Source: Octopus bimaculoides (lineage: Eukaryota). Taken from it: DNA of 64,000 bases. Below are positions 25,401 to 39,368 of this stretch, one piece after another (the first letter of the stretch is position 1; each line of letters begins with the position of its first letter). The position numbers and the translations under genes were made by a program. The notes under the pieces were generated by a model. The model had not been told where the DNA came from and did no database searches. It was given only the letters and a program-made list of their open reading frames with translations. The DNA is taken from NCBI RefSeq assembly GCF_001194135.2, contig NC_068998.1, positions 2,507,156 through 2,571,155 of the forward strand, written 5' to 3'.

Positions 25401-26332
25401 CTCACACACCATTATCAGCTTTGAGCCAGCTGTTTAGGGTTCGTCTATAGATTTCAGTAAAGAGGTAGACGTACATGGGGGATGAGGATGAGGATGAGAG
25501 TGCCAACGGCGGCGACTGTGATGGTGGTTGGAGAGTGTATGTTTGTTTATAACACATCTTGGTTTTCTTTCTACCCACTATCAAGATTACAGAGGCCATC
25601 TCGTGTGTGTGTGTGTATCTAGCTTCCAGCTTCCCCAACTCTCCGTCCGTCTGTTCAAACCCATGGGAGCCGCTGGATGTCATGTGTGTGTGCGTGTACC
25701 TAAACGTTTGTTTCTAAACGGAACCAAGGTCACACCCTACTCACTCCCCCACTGTCAGTTAACTTCAATTATCGGCTAGTCGCTCCCTATGGTTGTCTCG
25801 ATAACTTTTTACAAAATACCACCAATCCGCTCTCCCTTCTTTCTCTCTCTCTCTCTCTCTCACTCACACACACACACACACACACAATTGGAATAGACAG
25901 TAGATATCCACCCCACCTCCATACCTCTACTTAGCCCTTCAATTTCAGGGATGTTTTACTCCAACTTTCTCTACTCTTTGTACGTAAGATAGATTTCCTG
26001 CTTATGCTTTCGTTGTTGTTGTTGTTGTTGTTATTGGTAACGATGGCGGCAGTGAAATTGGTGTGGAATTTGGTGGTGGCACCGGTGATAGTCATGAGGC
26101 GTTGGAAATGGTGCGGGGGGTGGAGTAGGGCAACGGTGATGGGAACTGGATCTATCTTATTACACGGCACTATCTTTACGGTGTGTGAATGGATAACATT
26201 TCACTTATTAATGTTCGGGAGTAACTGAACTTACATACACACACAGATACATTCATACTTCCGTATGAATGTGTACGTATATAGTCTACCTCTTGCGTCT
26301 GTGGTTGTGTGTTTGAGCGCGTGAATGTGCTA

Positions 26333-26335
<3 letters not shown>

Positions 26336-26404
<69 letters not shown>
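26336..26404. repeat. (GA)n microsatellite
   Basis: Long perfect GA run. Confidence 0.95.
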
Positions 26405-26407
<3 letters not shown>

Positions 26408-26762
26408 TGGGGTTATGTTGTACACCACACAGCGTATAAATGCCCTCTATCAGGATATAGGGATATAGATTTCTGGATCTAAAATGATTTTATGACTCCT
26501 AACAGAAAACCTGCTGGTTTATGTATGATTAAAGGTAGTCTTCCACGAAGTCGCTCGACCTATTAGATACAGCAGTCGAATCACCTTTCGTATCGCATTC
26601 GTACACACACCTTGACATCTTGGGAAGGGGAAATGTCTAAGAGTTAAAAAAAAAAAGAAAAAGCAGAAACGGTTGGAACGCATTTGGTCATGCCTGGTCG
26701 ATAACACTGGTCCTGCACATCATTTCGACGAGTCAGATATACATACGTGCATATTATATATA

Positions 26763-27135
26763 TTCTTTTACTTGTTTCAGTCATTTGACTGCGGCCGTGT
26801 TGGAACACCGCCTTTAGTCAAACAAATTGACCCCAGGACTTATTCTTTGTAAGTCTAGTACTTATTTTATTGGTCTATTTTGCCAAACTGCTAAGTTACT
26901 GGGACGTAAACACACCAACATCGGTTGTGAAGCGATGGTGGGAGGACAAACACACACACACACATATATATATATATGACAAGCTTCTTTTAATTTCCGT
27001 CTAACAAATCCACTCACAAGGCTTTGGCCAGCTCGAAGCTATAGTAGAAGACATTTGCCCAAGGTGCCACGCAATGGGACTGAACCCGGAACCATGTAGT
27101 TGGTAAGCAAGCTACTTACCACAGTCACTCCTGTG
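26763..27135 (-). mobile_element. tRNA-derived SINE, family B, full length
   Basis: Minus strand: tRNA-like head (GGTTCAGTCCC), TTGGGCAAATGTCTTCTACTATAGC core, internal (TA/CA)n, 3' GGCGGTGTTCCAACACGGCCGCAGTCAAATGACTGAAACAAGTAAAAGA. Confidence 0.88.
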
Positions 27136-28846
27136 CTAGCTTGTGCACATGCCCCCCACCCTCCAATAAGTGTTGCCACATCGCCAACGATGTAACTGTT
27201 GATCAGAACACACAAGCAAAGTGACAACACTTGAGGGAGTGTTATGAAGCTGAGTGGGCAGGGAAACTAAGGGTATACAGTTTCTGAAGAGTGGTCACAC
27301 AGCCACGAAATATAATCAAGATAACCTTTCTTTTTTTTTTTCAGTATATGAAGAAAATTTAAAATTTATAATCGATATAATGTGGACAATTGGCAGAATC
27401 GTTGGAGCCATCGGTTAGATTGTTTTGGGGCAACCGTTGCAACTCTCTGCTCTGAGGTCGACTTTGGTCGCACTATGAGACAGAACTTAAAACCATGTGG
27501 TTGGGAAGCGAACTTCTCAACCATACAGCCATGTGCGTGCGTGCGTGCGTGCGTGTGTGTGTTATTCAGACATGATCAAATGTTTCAGTCATGATTATCT
27601 TCTCTTTTATTCAGACCCAGTGTATCTAGGACTACATCATCAATTGTATGTTTTCTTTTTTAAAGACTTCAGGGTGTGATTTCAAAGTGATCTTGTTGCT
27701 ATTTTCAGCATGTTTATCAACTACATAGAGGTCCACCCTCCATTGTGCCTCTGTGTGTGTGTGTGTGTGTGATGACACTGTGTTCTAGGAGTAGCTCAGG
27801 CTTTAATACAATGTGGTCCAAGTGGAGTTCCACCTGCCTTTGTAATCAACAATCTTGAGTAGATGTCAAGTGAGAACTCGTCTAATGAAACTCTCCACAC
27901 AAATCTATCTGAAGTAATTATGTCAACAGCTTTCACTATCCTTTTCAAAAGTATTACATCATGTCCTTAAGGCAAGTGGACTTTTCTTGCTAAGAGACCA
28001 TCAAATATATGTATGTATAAATATGTATATATTGATTTTTATAAACAAAAATTTGATACAGTCACAAATTAATTATATTAAAAAAATCTTTAAAAAAAAA
28101 CAGTTAGACAAAGGCCTTAGGGAAGAAAGTGTGTTGTGTTCAGTACTTTTCGCTGATTTCAGCTTTTCAAGCACACGTGTTATAATGTAATCCTTGTAGA
28201 GATTGTTGTTTCTTGCAGCGGTGTTCCATAAGGTTGTATTTTTGTCTCTTTTTAAGGATTTTTATGTAATTAATTTTTTTCAATTCATGAAAATATTTCT
28301 TCATATGTGTGTGTGTGTGTTTGTGTGGCTGCATGGTTAAGAAGTTTGCTTTGCAATCATGTGGGCTTAGGTTCAGTCCCACTGCACAGTACTTTGGTCA
28401 AATGCTGAGCTGTTTTATAGGTGAATAGATAGATGAAAACTGTGTGGAAACCTGATGTGTGTAAGAGAGAGAGAGAGAAATGAACAAGGTAGAAGAGTAT
28501 CAGCTCATAAAAGGATATCGAGTTGCACATGGACATGAAGATGTGTACGAGTCAAGGGTGGAGCCTTTATGCAGTTAGTCGACCAGTTAGAGATAACAAC
28601 CAAATCTCTTTTGAATCTCACCCAACTACCTTAGAAAAGGAAGGATGATATGGTCCTAGACATACTGATTAAAATACAGGATGGCCACCTTTGACCAGAG
28701 GTCAGATGAATCAGGACCAACCTAGCACTAAAGAACAACATGATTCATCAGTAGTGCTCCAGCCTGGCCTATATATTTTGGGAGTCACTAGTTGTGTAGT
28801 TTCTCATATATAACAAGAAACCTATAATTTGGGGCCCTTTTCGAGA

Positions 28847-28929
28847 CTAATGTCTAGTTGCCCGGGTTAAAGAGAATAATGAAATCTAAAAACGCCGTCT
28901 AGACTACGCATCATCTTTATATATAGAGA
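28847..28929 (-). mobile_element. Miniature Helitron-like element (about 83 bp)
   Basis: Minus strand A|TCTCTATATATAAAG 5' end and TTAACCCGGGCAAC...TTAG|T 3' end, with almost no interior. Confidence 0.45.
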
Positions 28930-29759
28930 TGTATATACACACACGCACCCAAACACACGTATATATATGTATATCAATATAAATATATTAAAGTCAATGA
29001 AGTTTCGTAAAAGAAGGTGATCATGTACATACTTTCTTGCTGTTGTGATTATAACACCTCATTGTAAACTATGTTCCTTGTTTTCCCTTGTGGAGCATAT
29101 ACAAATAGGTTTTTTGTTGCTGCCCACTCTTGAGCAGCCAACATACAGTTGTCCATGTGAGAAGCAAGGCTCTTCCAAGAGAAGACCAGCTACAGACNNN
29201 NNNNNNNNNNNNNNNNNNNNNNNNNNNNNNNNNNNNNNNNNNNNNNNNNNNNNNNNNNNNNNNNNNNNNNNNNNNNNNNNNNNNNNNNNNNNNNNNNNNN
29301 NNNNNNNNNNNNNNNNNNNNNNNNNNNNNNNNNNNNNNNNNNNNNNNNNNNNNNNNNNNNNNNNNNNNNNNNNNNNNNNNNNNNNNNNNNNNNNNNNNNN
29401 NNNNNNNNNNNNNNNNNNNNNNNNNNNNNNNNNNNNNNNNNNNNNNNNNNNNNNNNNNNNNNNNNNNNNNNNNNNNNNNNNNNNNNNNNNNNNNNNNNNN
29501 NNNNNNNNNNNNNNNNNNNNNNNNNNNNNNNNNNNNNNNNNNNNNNNNNNNNNNNNNNNNNNNNNNNNNNNNNNNNNNNNNNNNNNNNNNNNNNNNNNNN
29601 NNNNNNNNNNNNNNNNNNNNNNNNNNNNNNNNNNNNNNNNNNNNNNNNTATACATGTATATGTATACATATACATCTCTCTCTCTCTCTTTCTGTCTCTG
29701 TGAAAGTATCTGTCACTACAGTATCGAAATGTGATTGTTTTTGTTTCACTTTTGACACG

Positions 29760-29976
29760 TAATACTTAAATAGTGGAGGAGATATTATGTTGCCGTGGGC
29801 TCGAACTCTGCAAGAAGTTAATAATTTTTTTTGACTAAAACACAACTGGAACCCTAAGTAAGGCATGTGTAAAATTTGAATGAAATTGGTTGCGTAGTTC
29901 TCGAGTTTTAGGGATTCACACACACAGACAGACAGACAGACCGACAGACACACATTCTCATTTTTATATATATAGA
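29760..29976 (-). mobile_element. Non-autonomous Helitron-like element
   Basis: Minus strand A|TCTATATATATAAAAATGAGAATG + (TCTG)n + AACTACGCAACCAATTTCATTCAAATTTTACAC, the usual 5' architecture of Helitron-N elements; 3' end unclear. Confidence 0.55.
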
Positions 29977-32900
29977 TTGTCTGTGAAATTTACAAAGTAT
30001 AAAATTTCTGCTAGTGACTAACAGCTGGTACTTAAAAGTCAGCTGCCATGATACGTATGGGTGGAGCATCACATTTCTTTGATCAAACATCTCATATACC
30101 TTTGTATCTGGGCTGTAATTTGTCTTTTGTAACAAAGAAGAAGAGTGGCCTCTTTTACTGGAATTAAAACTGAAGTCTAAACACCTAAAACTGCACCATC
30201 AGGCTAGATGTGTATGATCTCTTTCTAGGTTTTTAAACCTCAAATTATTTTTAGATATTTAAAACCATATTTTTTAATAATGTATTTCTTTGTCTATTGC
30301 TTAGACCAGGAGGTAATTATTCCAGTAATCTATATAAATTTGTCGAATTTGGCTAGAAAAGTACATGTCATTGTGACTACAAAAACTGAATGAGCGCACC
30401 CAAATTGCAACACATTCTTTGGTAAATTAGTTGGTTCCAGGAATTTTAATTTTGTTTTAAGAGCAACACACACACAATGAATATTGCTGCTTTTAATTGA
30501 AATAAGATATATAATGTAGTTGTATGCTGTCAACTTAATGTGACAGTCCCAGGCTTTCTATGGCTGGATGCCCTTCCTAATGCTGACCACTTTACAGAAT
30601 GTGTTGGATGCTTTTTACATGGAACCAGCGAACAGTGTTTTTGCATGGCACCAGCACAGAACTCTTGTAAATATTTATCCTTCACCTGTTTCAGTCATTT
30701 GACTGCAGCCATGCTGGAGCACAACCTAGAAGGATCTAGTCAAACAAATTGACTACAGAACTTTTTTTAAAGCCTGATGCTTACTCTATCAGTGCATTTT
30801 TGCTGAGCTGCTAAGTTATGGGGATGTAAACAAACCAAAGCTGGTTGCGAGGCATTTGCCCAAAGTCTGACACAGTGGGACTGAACCCAAGACCATGAGG
30901 TTGGGAAGCAAGCTTCTTATCCACACACACAATGTTATCTGTTCCAAAAAACTAAAGGAAGTGAAAAGTAAAGAATTTAGGTTCTCTACAGAGAAACATG
31001 GCATAGTGGCAAAAGGTTTAAACCAAATCCCCAAGTTGCTAATTCACTGAGTATGTCTTCATGATTGATTATCTCAAATAAGTTTTGGCCACCAGTGACC
31101 ACAGAATAAAAATAAATTAAAAAAAAGAAAGAAAATTACAGGAAATGTGAACATACAGCATTACTGTGGTAGTGGTAGCGAGGGTGGTGGTGGTGAGAGT
31201 GGTGTGGATTCACATATGACAAACACATTAAACATTCATTCATCATTGCAGAGTCTTTATCTACTTTAATCTATTTATGATCAGATGCTTCTTGAGAGAG
31301 GGTGATGGTGGCCTGTGGTTGCAGCTGGCTAATATTCCTATTGCCCACTGGGAAGGGGGGGGGGGCGTGAGAGAGAGAGAGAGATGAAGGTGTTCTCATT
31401 ACATATAAACATTAAAATACTTCTCATGTTTGATCAAAAAATTTCAGCAAGAAGATGCTCTTCCATCATCAAAAAGTTGCTAGTTTGCTCACACACACAC
31501 ATTCCCCTGGTTTCAGTCATTGAATTGAGGTCATACTGGAGCATAGCCTCTGAGGATATAATTGGTTTTAAACTCAAGGAAATGAAAAGTGAAGTTAACC
31601 TGGAAGAGATTTCAAGCCAGAACTTCAGGGCCCAGTCAAATACCACATTGCCCTTTCATATGTTCTATTTTGACAAGGTTTTTGTGGCTGAATACCTTTC
31701 CTAATGCCAACCAATTTACAGAATGTACTCAGAGCATTTTATAGTAGAACCAGCATTAGAGAAGTCACAGTGAAATAGTAGAATGGTTATTCTTCGTTAT
31801 AAACGTTGCTCTGTCTTCAGATTTTACTGAAGAACATCTTGGCACCATTCAAATTGTTAATAAAGAATGGTAAGGCAGAGGCCAGCTTTGATCAAAGACA
31901 GGTTACTCATGGCCATTATCCAGGCATAGTGCATCTAGGATTATATTATCTAATATGTCCTTCCTGTTTTAAAGCAAATGTGTTTTGAGTGACCATATAG
32001 AAGCCGTTTACATGTGTCAGTGTAAATATGTGTCTAGGACTACATTATCCTAATCACTTTTTTAATGGTAGGATCTAAATGCGATTTGGTTGCTATTTTT
32101 AGCATCTTGATCGACCACAAAGAGGCAGATGTAGCAGTGTTGTAGTTGATGATGTTTCATCAGTTACTATAAGCCAGGCTTGATTCAGCAAGCTTATGAT
32201 GAAAGGCATCCAGTCATGGCCATCCTGTTTTTTTTTTTTTGTCAGTCATAATGTATATAGGACTACATTATCCAATGTGTATTTTAAGGATGGTAAGGTA
32301 TGATTTGAGGTAAACTTGGCTGGTACTTTTAGCAGATCAACATAGAAGCCCCCTCATACTTGGTACTGTTCTTGCTAACTCACTTCCTACTTTTGTTTTC
32401 AATTCTGTAATTCTAGAATGACTAATTCAAATTGACTTCTTAAAATTGGTATGTGTGTGAAGTGCATGGTGTGCATGTGTCTGCTTGTGTATCCTTCCCA
32501 GATTCAGAGGAGCAAGAAAATGAGATTGTATGACATTCATGCCTATCTCTTGGAAATTCAAAACCATGCCTTGATGGCATTCCCTACACAAAGAATGTAG
32601 AATTAATGAATCTGGTGTGATAGAATTTTGCAACTCCTTGTTCTTTCTTGAAGTAAAAATATAAAGAACAAGTATAAATATAAAAACCCAACCTAAAAAT
32701 ATCATAGAAGGCAGTTTGACCACAGATTTGAGATTTCTGAGAAATTAGGGATGGGTAAATTCTTTAATGTTCTTTTTAAAAATAGGAAACAAGAACTACC
32801 ACCACCACCACCACCACTGAGAATTTCCTCTTCACCATCTGGAGAGATAATTATTTTTACAGGTCACTCTTCCCCACCTTCATTTCTATGAGTTTCATTC

Positions 32901-33369
32901 AAATTGACATCTACATTTTTTGGTCTTTTTTTCATGAGTTTAGCCAATAAAAATGAATGCCACCAGAATGGCCATCCTTACTTAGTGACCCCTCTCAATA
33001 CACATGAGACTGGACAGCTGGTGCCAGTGCCAAGGGAGGTGGTGTAAATAACAACAATGACCTTTTGCAAGACTTTCAAAATGGGTGTAGACTGGAGTTC
33101 TGGTTAATCAGCTTCTTAGATTCCTATTATGGTGAATGGTCAGAAGACATGGAGGCTGCATTTGAAAATAGATAATTATCCTTTATCTTTCACTGGCTTC
33201 TTTCAGTTTCTGTCTACCAAATCCACTCACAGTGGGACTGAACCCAAAACCATTTTGTTGGGAAGCAAGTTTCTTACCACACAGCCATGCCTGCACACAC
33301 ACACACTAGTTAATTTAGAGTTAACATATTTCATGTAGCTAACATTAAAATGCTAACCAGATATAATCA

Positions 33370-34165
33370 TGTAATGAATAAAGAAGTCTTATTTATTGCT
33401 TATTCTATTATTTTGTAAATACAAGAGAATTATTTCTAAATAGCTTTTCAATGCTGCTTTCATTGAATATTTTTTTATATTCTGGTGTTGGATAAATAAT
33501 TTAATGAAGCAGTGAACTGCTATTACTATTAACGACTCGCAGCGAACTGCTTGCCCAATCAATTGCTCACAATCAATTGCTGATGACTCGACAACTGTCA
33601 ATTTAATAGAGATGTGTCAGTCCACTTTTAGTCACATGAGGGCGGTCGGAATCCTTCCACAACATCTCCTCTTTTTAGAATTAGTCTCTCCTAACTTCTC
33701 CCCTTTTGACAATTAAACTCCGCTCAGAGTTTTAATATCTCTTACACTTAGGGTTCAATTCCAGTGTGTCTGTTCTTTTCAATTTTCTGGTGCTAGAACA
33801 TGTAGTTTCAAATTGTTTGGCTGTTGGTACTTCAAATATGTCATACAATACTTCCATGGGGATTTCATTTCTCATGACTCATTTTTCCATGAATCTTTTT
33901 TTAAGTTGGTTAATGTCTTTTTATGTTCAACATTGTTTCCTTTTACCAGGAATAACACTTTTCCAATTTGTTTAATAATTACACTATCCTCTTACCTTTC
34001 TTTTCCATATCTATAGGTTTAAAAAAAAAATTTGTCACCTAACTTCAAGAATTCTGAAGTATTTTTGTTGTTTGCTTTTTTCTATTTTTACTCGATATCA
34101 ATTTATCAAAAGTGGATCTGATCTTTCTAGCAAACATCAATTCTAAACCCGGATCATTATTTCAT
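33370..34165 (-). mobile_element. Ty3/Gypsy LTR retrotransposon 3' end (integrase tail, PPT, 3' LTR)
   Basis: Minus strand GLELMFARKIRSTFDKLI, LGDKFFF, VIIKQIGKVLFLVKG..HKKTLTNLKK, IPMEVLYDIFEVP..LNPKCKRY*; polypurine tract AAAAAGAGGAGA (33665-33676) abuts TGTTG; LTR-like 33664-33370 ends TTACA and contains AATAAA. Confidence 0.8.
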
Positions 34166-34170
34166 TATGT

Positions 34171-34560
34171 GCAGGCATGACTGTGTAGTAAGTAGTTTGC
34201 TTCCCAACCATATGGTTCTGGGTTCAGTTTCTGCATAGCACCTGAAGCAAGCATCTTCTTCTATAGCCCTGGGTCAACCAAAGCCTTGTGAATCAATTTG
34301 GTTGACAGAAACTGAAAAAAGCTCATTGTGTGTATGTGTGTGTATGTGCATGTCTTTACATGTGTGTTTGTTCCCCACAACCATTTGACAACTGCTGTTG
34401 GTTTGTTTACATCCCTGTAACTTAATGATTCAGCAAAAGTGACCATTAGAATAAGTACTAGGCAAAATAAGTCCTGGGGTGGATTTGTTTGACCAAAAGC
34501 CATTCAAGGTGGTGCCCCAGCATGGCCACAGCCAAATGATTGACACAAGTAAAAGAATAA
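34171..34560 (+). mobile_element. tRNA-derived SINE, family B, full length
   Basis: Same architecture as 26763-27135, CpG-decayed; sits where the Gypsy remnant is truncated. Confidence 0.85.
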
Positions 34561-35014
34561 AAGATAAAAAGCATTTTTTGGGGGTGGGTGGGGAGAATAA
34601 TAAAAGAATTTTTTTCTTTTTTAAGACTACAAACCTTCCACTTCCTTAGACTTAAGCAGTAAAACAACAGCAATAAACACAGCTCTGCTTTCTTTTTATA
34701 TCCTACTTCTTCTCCTCCATCACCATAATCACCACCACCACTACCATTATTATTATTATTATTATTATTATTACTGTCATCATTATCACACATGCCATCC
34801 TTGTCATCACCAAAGAACAACTGCAATAACAACCACACTACATATTACTTTACCTCCTTCTTGCTTTCAGTATCTACATGGCTTGCTGTGTGTATACACA
34901 ATGAAAACAGAGTACGCATATATGTACATTTATACATATATAGACATACATGTATGTGTGTGTGTGCGTGCACGTGCATGTATATATAGATATGTGTGTA
35001 TATATATGTGTGTG

Positions 35015-35055
<41 letters not shown>

Positions 35056-36129
35056 ATACACACACACATAGCATGTATATATCTCCTCTGGATGTGTGTG
35101 TGAACTGGGGGTTGGAGGTTGTATAAAGAAAACATGACTAAACGTTAGGAAATAGCTAAGGATTTGCTCAGTGACAATTCCCTACAACAACCGCCACCAA
35201 TGATGTTTATATATGACTCTTTATCACTGCTCCCTACCGAATGACTCTGGTTTTAGATATTTCTACAAGACTTTTCCGGAATATTTACCTACTCCTCCTT
35301 CACCACCGTCACCACTTATCCAGTGTCCACTCCTTATATATTTTGGTCTCTACTGTTTTCTGTTTTCAGAGCAGAGCTGACTTCCACAGCTTCCTCTGCC
35401 ACTCTTGCCGACTGCATGCAGGGTTCTACACACTCAGCTTAGGGAAACAAATATTTCATACGCACGCGTATGTGCATATGTGTATACTTGCACGTGTGTA
35501 TTGTCTGCATGTCACTCCCCTGCATCTATAAATATTCAGTTTCAAATCAGTGGTGGATATGTATGTCTGTATAAATGTAAACCTCATGCACATGATGCCA
35601 ACTTGGCTGTGTGGTCAAGAATGCTAACTTCCCAACCATATGGTTTTGGGTTCAGTCTCACTGCAGATTCATTTGTTTTATGTTTATTTTCCAGGCTAGC
35701 ATGGATTGGACAAAATATGTATTGCAGCATTATCGTGTGTGCGTGTGTGTGTGTTAGAATACATACACACTATATGGGAAGAGAATGAATAAACACACAT
35801 GCAGATACAAACACACACACACATACATACATCACAGGATTTCATAACAAAGAATTATGTTTTTACCGTTTCCTTTGTTCCATTGGTTTCTGTCTTATTG
35901 TTACAACAAACACAAGGAAGGCTTTAACAGATAAGTAGTAGTAGTAGCAGTAGCAGTAGTAGTGTTTGTGGAGTGCGGGAAGGTCAGTGAAACATATTTA
36001 TTTTTATAAAAAACAGTTTGTTTCCCCATTTCCATATACACACTACGACTTATCTATTTAAACCTTCCGTGTTGCTTGCAACAGAGAGATAATAAAAGTC
36101 GAAGTCATTATTCTGGCATTTAGTATTGT

Positions 36130-36352
36130 TCCTTCTAATACCAACCCACTCATGACCTCCTCTCATTTTATGATACAAACCTCCTGTTTTAAAGTAATCT
36201 AAATTAAAACCTTCCATCAGAATTTTATTGTAATTTTATGGTCTAAACACCAGCTTAATAATGAGGAAGTTATTTTACTAAATTCTTCATTATTTTCAAA
36301 AACAATTGAAACAAAGGATGTGTATTTCTATAGAAATGTGGTAACAAAAGGG
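36130..36352 (+). mobile_element. piggyBac-type MITE (second copy of family at 61671)
   Basis: Colinear with 61671-61878 (TAATACCAACCC ... TATTTTACTAAATTCTT ... TGGTAACAAAAGGG|TTAA); left TTAA lost. Confidence 0.7.
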
Positions 36353-38040
36353 TTAACGGATTTGTTTTGTTCATGGAGAAACCAATTTATTGTTCCACCA
36401 CTCACTTTCTAAAATGGCTATCAGAACATGGAGGTGCAAGCATAGCTATGTGGTTAACAAATTTTGCTTGGCAACCATCATAAATTTGTTTAATCAGGGC
36501 TAATTTGAGGTTAAACTACAAAATACATCAACTACATTATAATAAATAAACAAAAATTAACTCTTTCCTCTGAAAAACTTTAAATATTTGTCCCATCTGT
36601 GTAAACATGTTTCGACAACTGAACTTCCTTTAAATTTGATCTCCAAGCCAAGGTTTACATTACTCAAATCCATGTTGTCACTAACTCTCCTCCTGTTTTC
36701 ACTTTCTAAATTCCCTTCACAATCATAATTAAGCTGATGCATCAAATCTGATATGTTTTTCTGGGACCCTCGGAGGGGAACTTTCTAGGTGCATCCCATG
36801 GTTATTCATGACCGGGGGGGGGGGGTCTTTATCCTTTATATTTTCAACATCATATATGGTACATTACTATTTGATTGTTATTGTTTAACCCTTGGTCAAG
36901 GGTCAGAAATATTCAGCTAACAAATACAAAGACCAGAGAATTCCTATGAGTACAGAGATCAGATCAACCCCTCAAGAGTACAGAACTCGACTCCTGTGAG
37001 TGTAGGCTGTAAAGGAATCTCTTATTCCCATGTTGACTTCAGCTAAAGCACTACAGTGTGTATGTGTTTATTTTGTTTCAACCATCATGGCCAAGGCTAA
37101 ACTGGAGCACCACCTTTAAAATACCATGTATTAACTTTCCATTTGATACATATCTATCTCTCTCTTCAGTAAACATAATTCATTCTGCTTCAGAGTGATC
37201 CTCATTCTATTTTTTTAAAATGATTTGTCCAAGGAAGAGGGACAGTTCCCATTACCTTTGGGAGTTGTTCCCAAAAGTGTAAAGCTGAGAGTAAATGTGG
37301 AAAATTTAGGGGATTGCAATTCAGAAGAAAGGATTGGTAATCTCTAAAGTTGATAGTTCACTGTTGTAAATAGATGATGGTGGGAGCATTGTATTACCAC
37401 TGTGTTGTTTCTGTAGCCTGCAGTGATAGTATATTGAAGCAGGAGAGGTAAGATGCGGGGATTGTTATTATTGGTTTATACCAAACAAGCAACACCCTGC
37501 TACTCCGAGGTGTTCTGGGAATAATCAGTCAACACACGAGTATTTTAACAGTAAATATAACAGTGAGAAGAATAACAAGCTATTTCCCACTGGTTTTTAT
37601 TGACGCAGCTAACCCCATTGGTTTCAAACAGAATAAAAGCAGGACTTAATAGCTTGAAAACTAAACAACAAAACAATATTTCTTCATGAAAGGATAAAAC
37701 TAAAACTATATTTTAGCTGCAGATATCATTAGCACAGTTATTGAGAGCCTAGTGCAGTCACTGCTCTCCTTTTCTCTGTTCCTAATGGAGAAATTGTTAG
37801 TACTGCTGCTGAATATCTCTCGTTGTGAGTGTTTAGCGTGAGGGTAGAGGAAATATCAGGGGGATTGGTCACAATTACTGTTGTTCTAAAATGCATTTAT
37901 GAGCAAATTAGTACTACAAAATGAAACTATATTAATTTGGAATTAAAACTAAGCTGTGGATTTTATTCACTTTATATATATATATAGATATATATTTATA
38001 TATATATATATAGATATATATTTATATATATATATATAGG

Positions 38041-38445
38041 TGCAGGCATGGCTGTGTGATAAGAAGCTTGCTTCCCAACCACATGATTCTAGGTTCAGTC
38101 CCACTGCATTGCACTCTGGGCAAGTGCCCTCTGCTATAGCCACGGGCCAATCAAAGCCTTGTGAGTGGATTTGGTTGATGGAAACTGAAAGAAGCCCGTC
38201 ATGTGTGTGTGTGTGTGTGTGCGTGCGTGCGTGCGTGTGTGTATGCTTGTGTGTCTGTGTTTGTCCCTCCTATCATTGCTTGACGACCGATGTTGTGTTT
38301 ATGTCCCTGTAACTTAGTGGTTTGGCAAAAGAGATCGATAGAAAAAGTATTAGGCTTACAAAGAATAAGTCCTGTGGTCAAATTTGTTCGACTAAAAGCG
38401 GTGCTCCAGCATGGCCGCAGTCAAATGACAGAAACGCGTAAAAGA
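38041..38445 (+). mobile_element. tRNA-derived SINE, family B, full length
   Basis: GGCATGGCTGTGTGATAAGAAG head, GGTTCAGTCCC B-box, internal (GT)n, tail GCGGTGCTCCAGCATGGCCGCAGTCAAATGAC. Confidence 0.88.
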
Positions 38446-39200
38446 ATGTACACACAATGCACATTACTAATAACCAAACCACAGAAACATCAGTAAAGAA
38501 TTGTTCCGATTCTCTTCTCCTCTTTTATCTATTAGAGTACGAACTTTCCAGGTAAGAGCTCATCAATAAAGAAGTACTGTAAAGGACTACTCAGATCCTC
38601 ATTTCTGTTACCATAGCGTATCTACCTTTCTAAGAACTATTATGGACTTTTGCTTTCCTGTTTTCTCGCTCAAATCATATTTATTCTCACTTCTGTATAA
38701 TTATTTTATAAATGCCAAGGTGCCATTTACTGCCTGTCCATCTTCTTTCTCACAATTGTCTGCAAAAAAACCTACAACCAAAACAGTGACCTTTACCAAT
38801 TAAGGATGTCTTTATTTATATACATGCATCGTACATTGTGTACTCCCCGGTCGCAAATGACAGGTGACAGTTCTGCAATTTCATGCAGAACAACTTGCAC
38901 AGATAATTGGCTTATAGTGACCAAATATTTGTGCTCATTCCCCATGTGCTGGGTGCTTTTATTGTGCCGGTGGCATGGTAAAAGCACTCAGCACACACTG
39001 TAAAGTGGTTGGCATTAGGATGGGTATCCAGCTGTAGAATCCAAGCCAAATCAAACTGGAACTTGATGCAACCCTCCTGCTCGCCAGCTCTGCTCAAACT
39101 GTCCAACCCATGCCAGTATGGACAATGGACATTGGTGGATTGATGATGATGATGATGATGATGATGATATATATATATATACACACACACACACATATAT

Positions 39201-39233
<33 letters not shown>

Positions 39234-39310
39234 CATATATATACATACATACATACATATACATATATACACACTTATATAAACTAAACCCATATACAAA
39301 TACCTCACTA

Positions 39311-39368
<58 letters not shown>

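Noticed and set aside
36557-36745. 62-aa minus-strand ORF with protein-like composition
   Set aside because: No recognisable motif, splice context or TE homology by eye; cannot be supported.
38041-38110. tRNA-like sequences with A and B boxes (many copies)
   Set aside because: They continue into shared SINE bodies and lack a complete cloverleaf, so they are SINE heads rather than tRNA genes.
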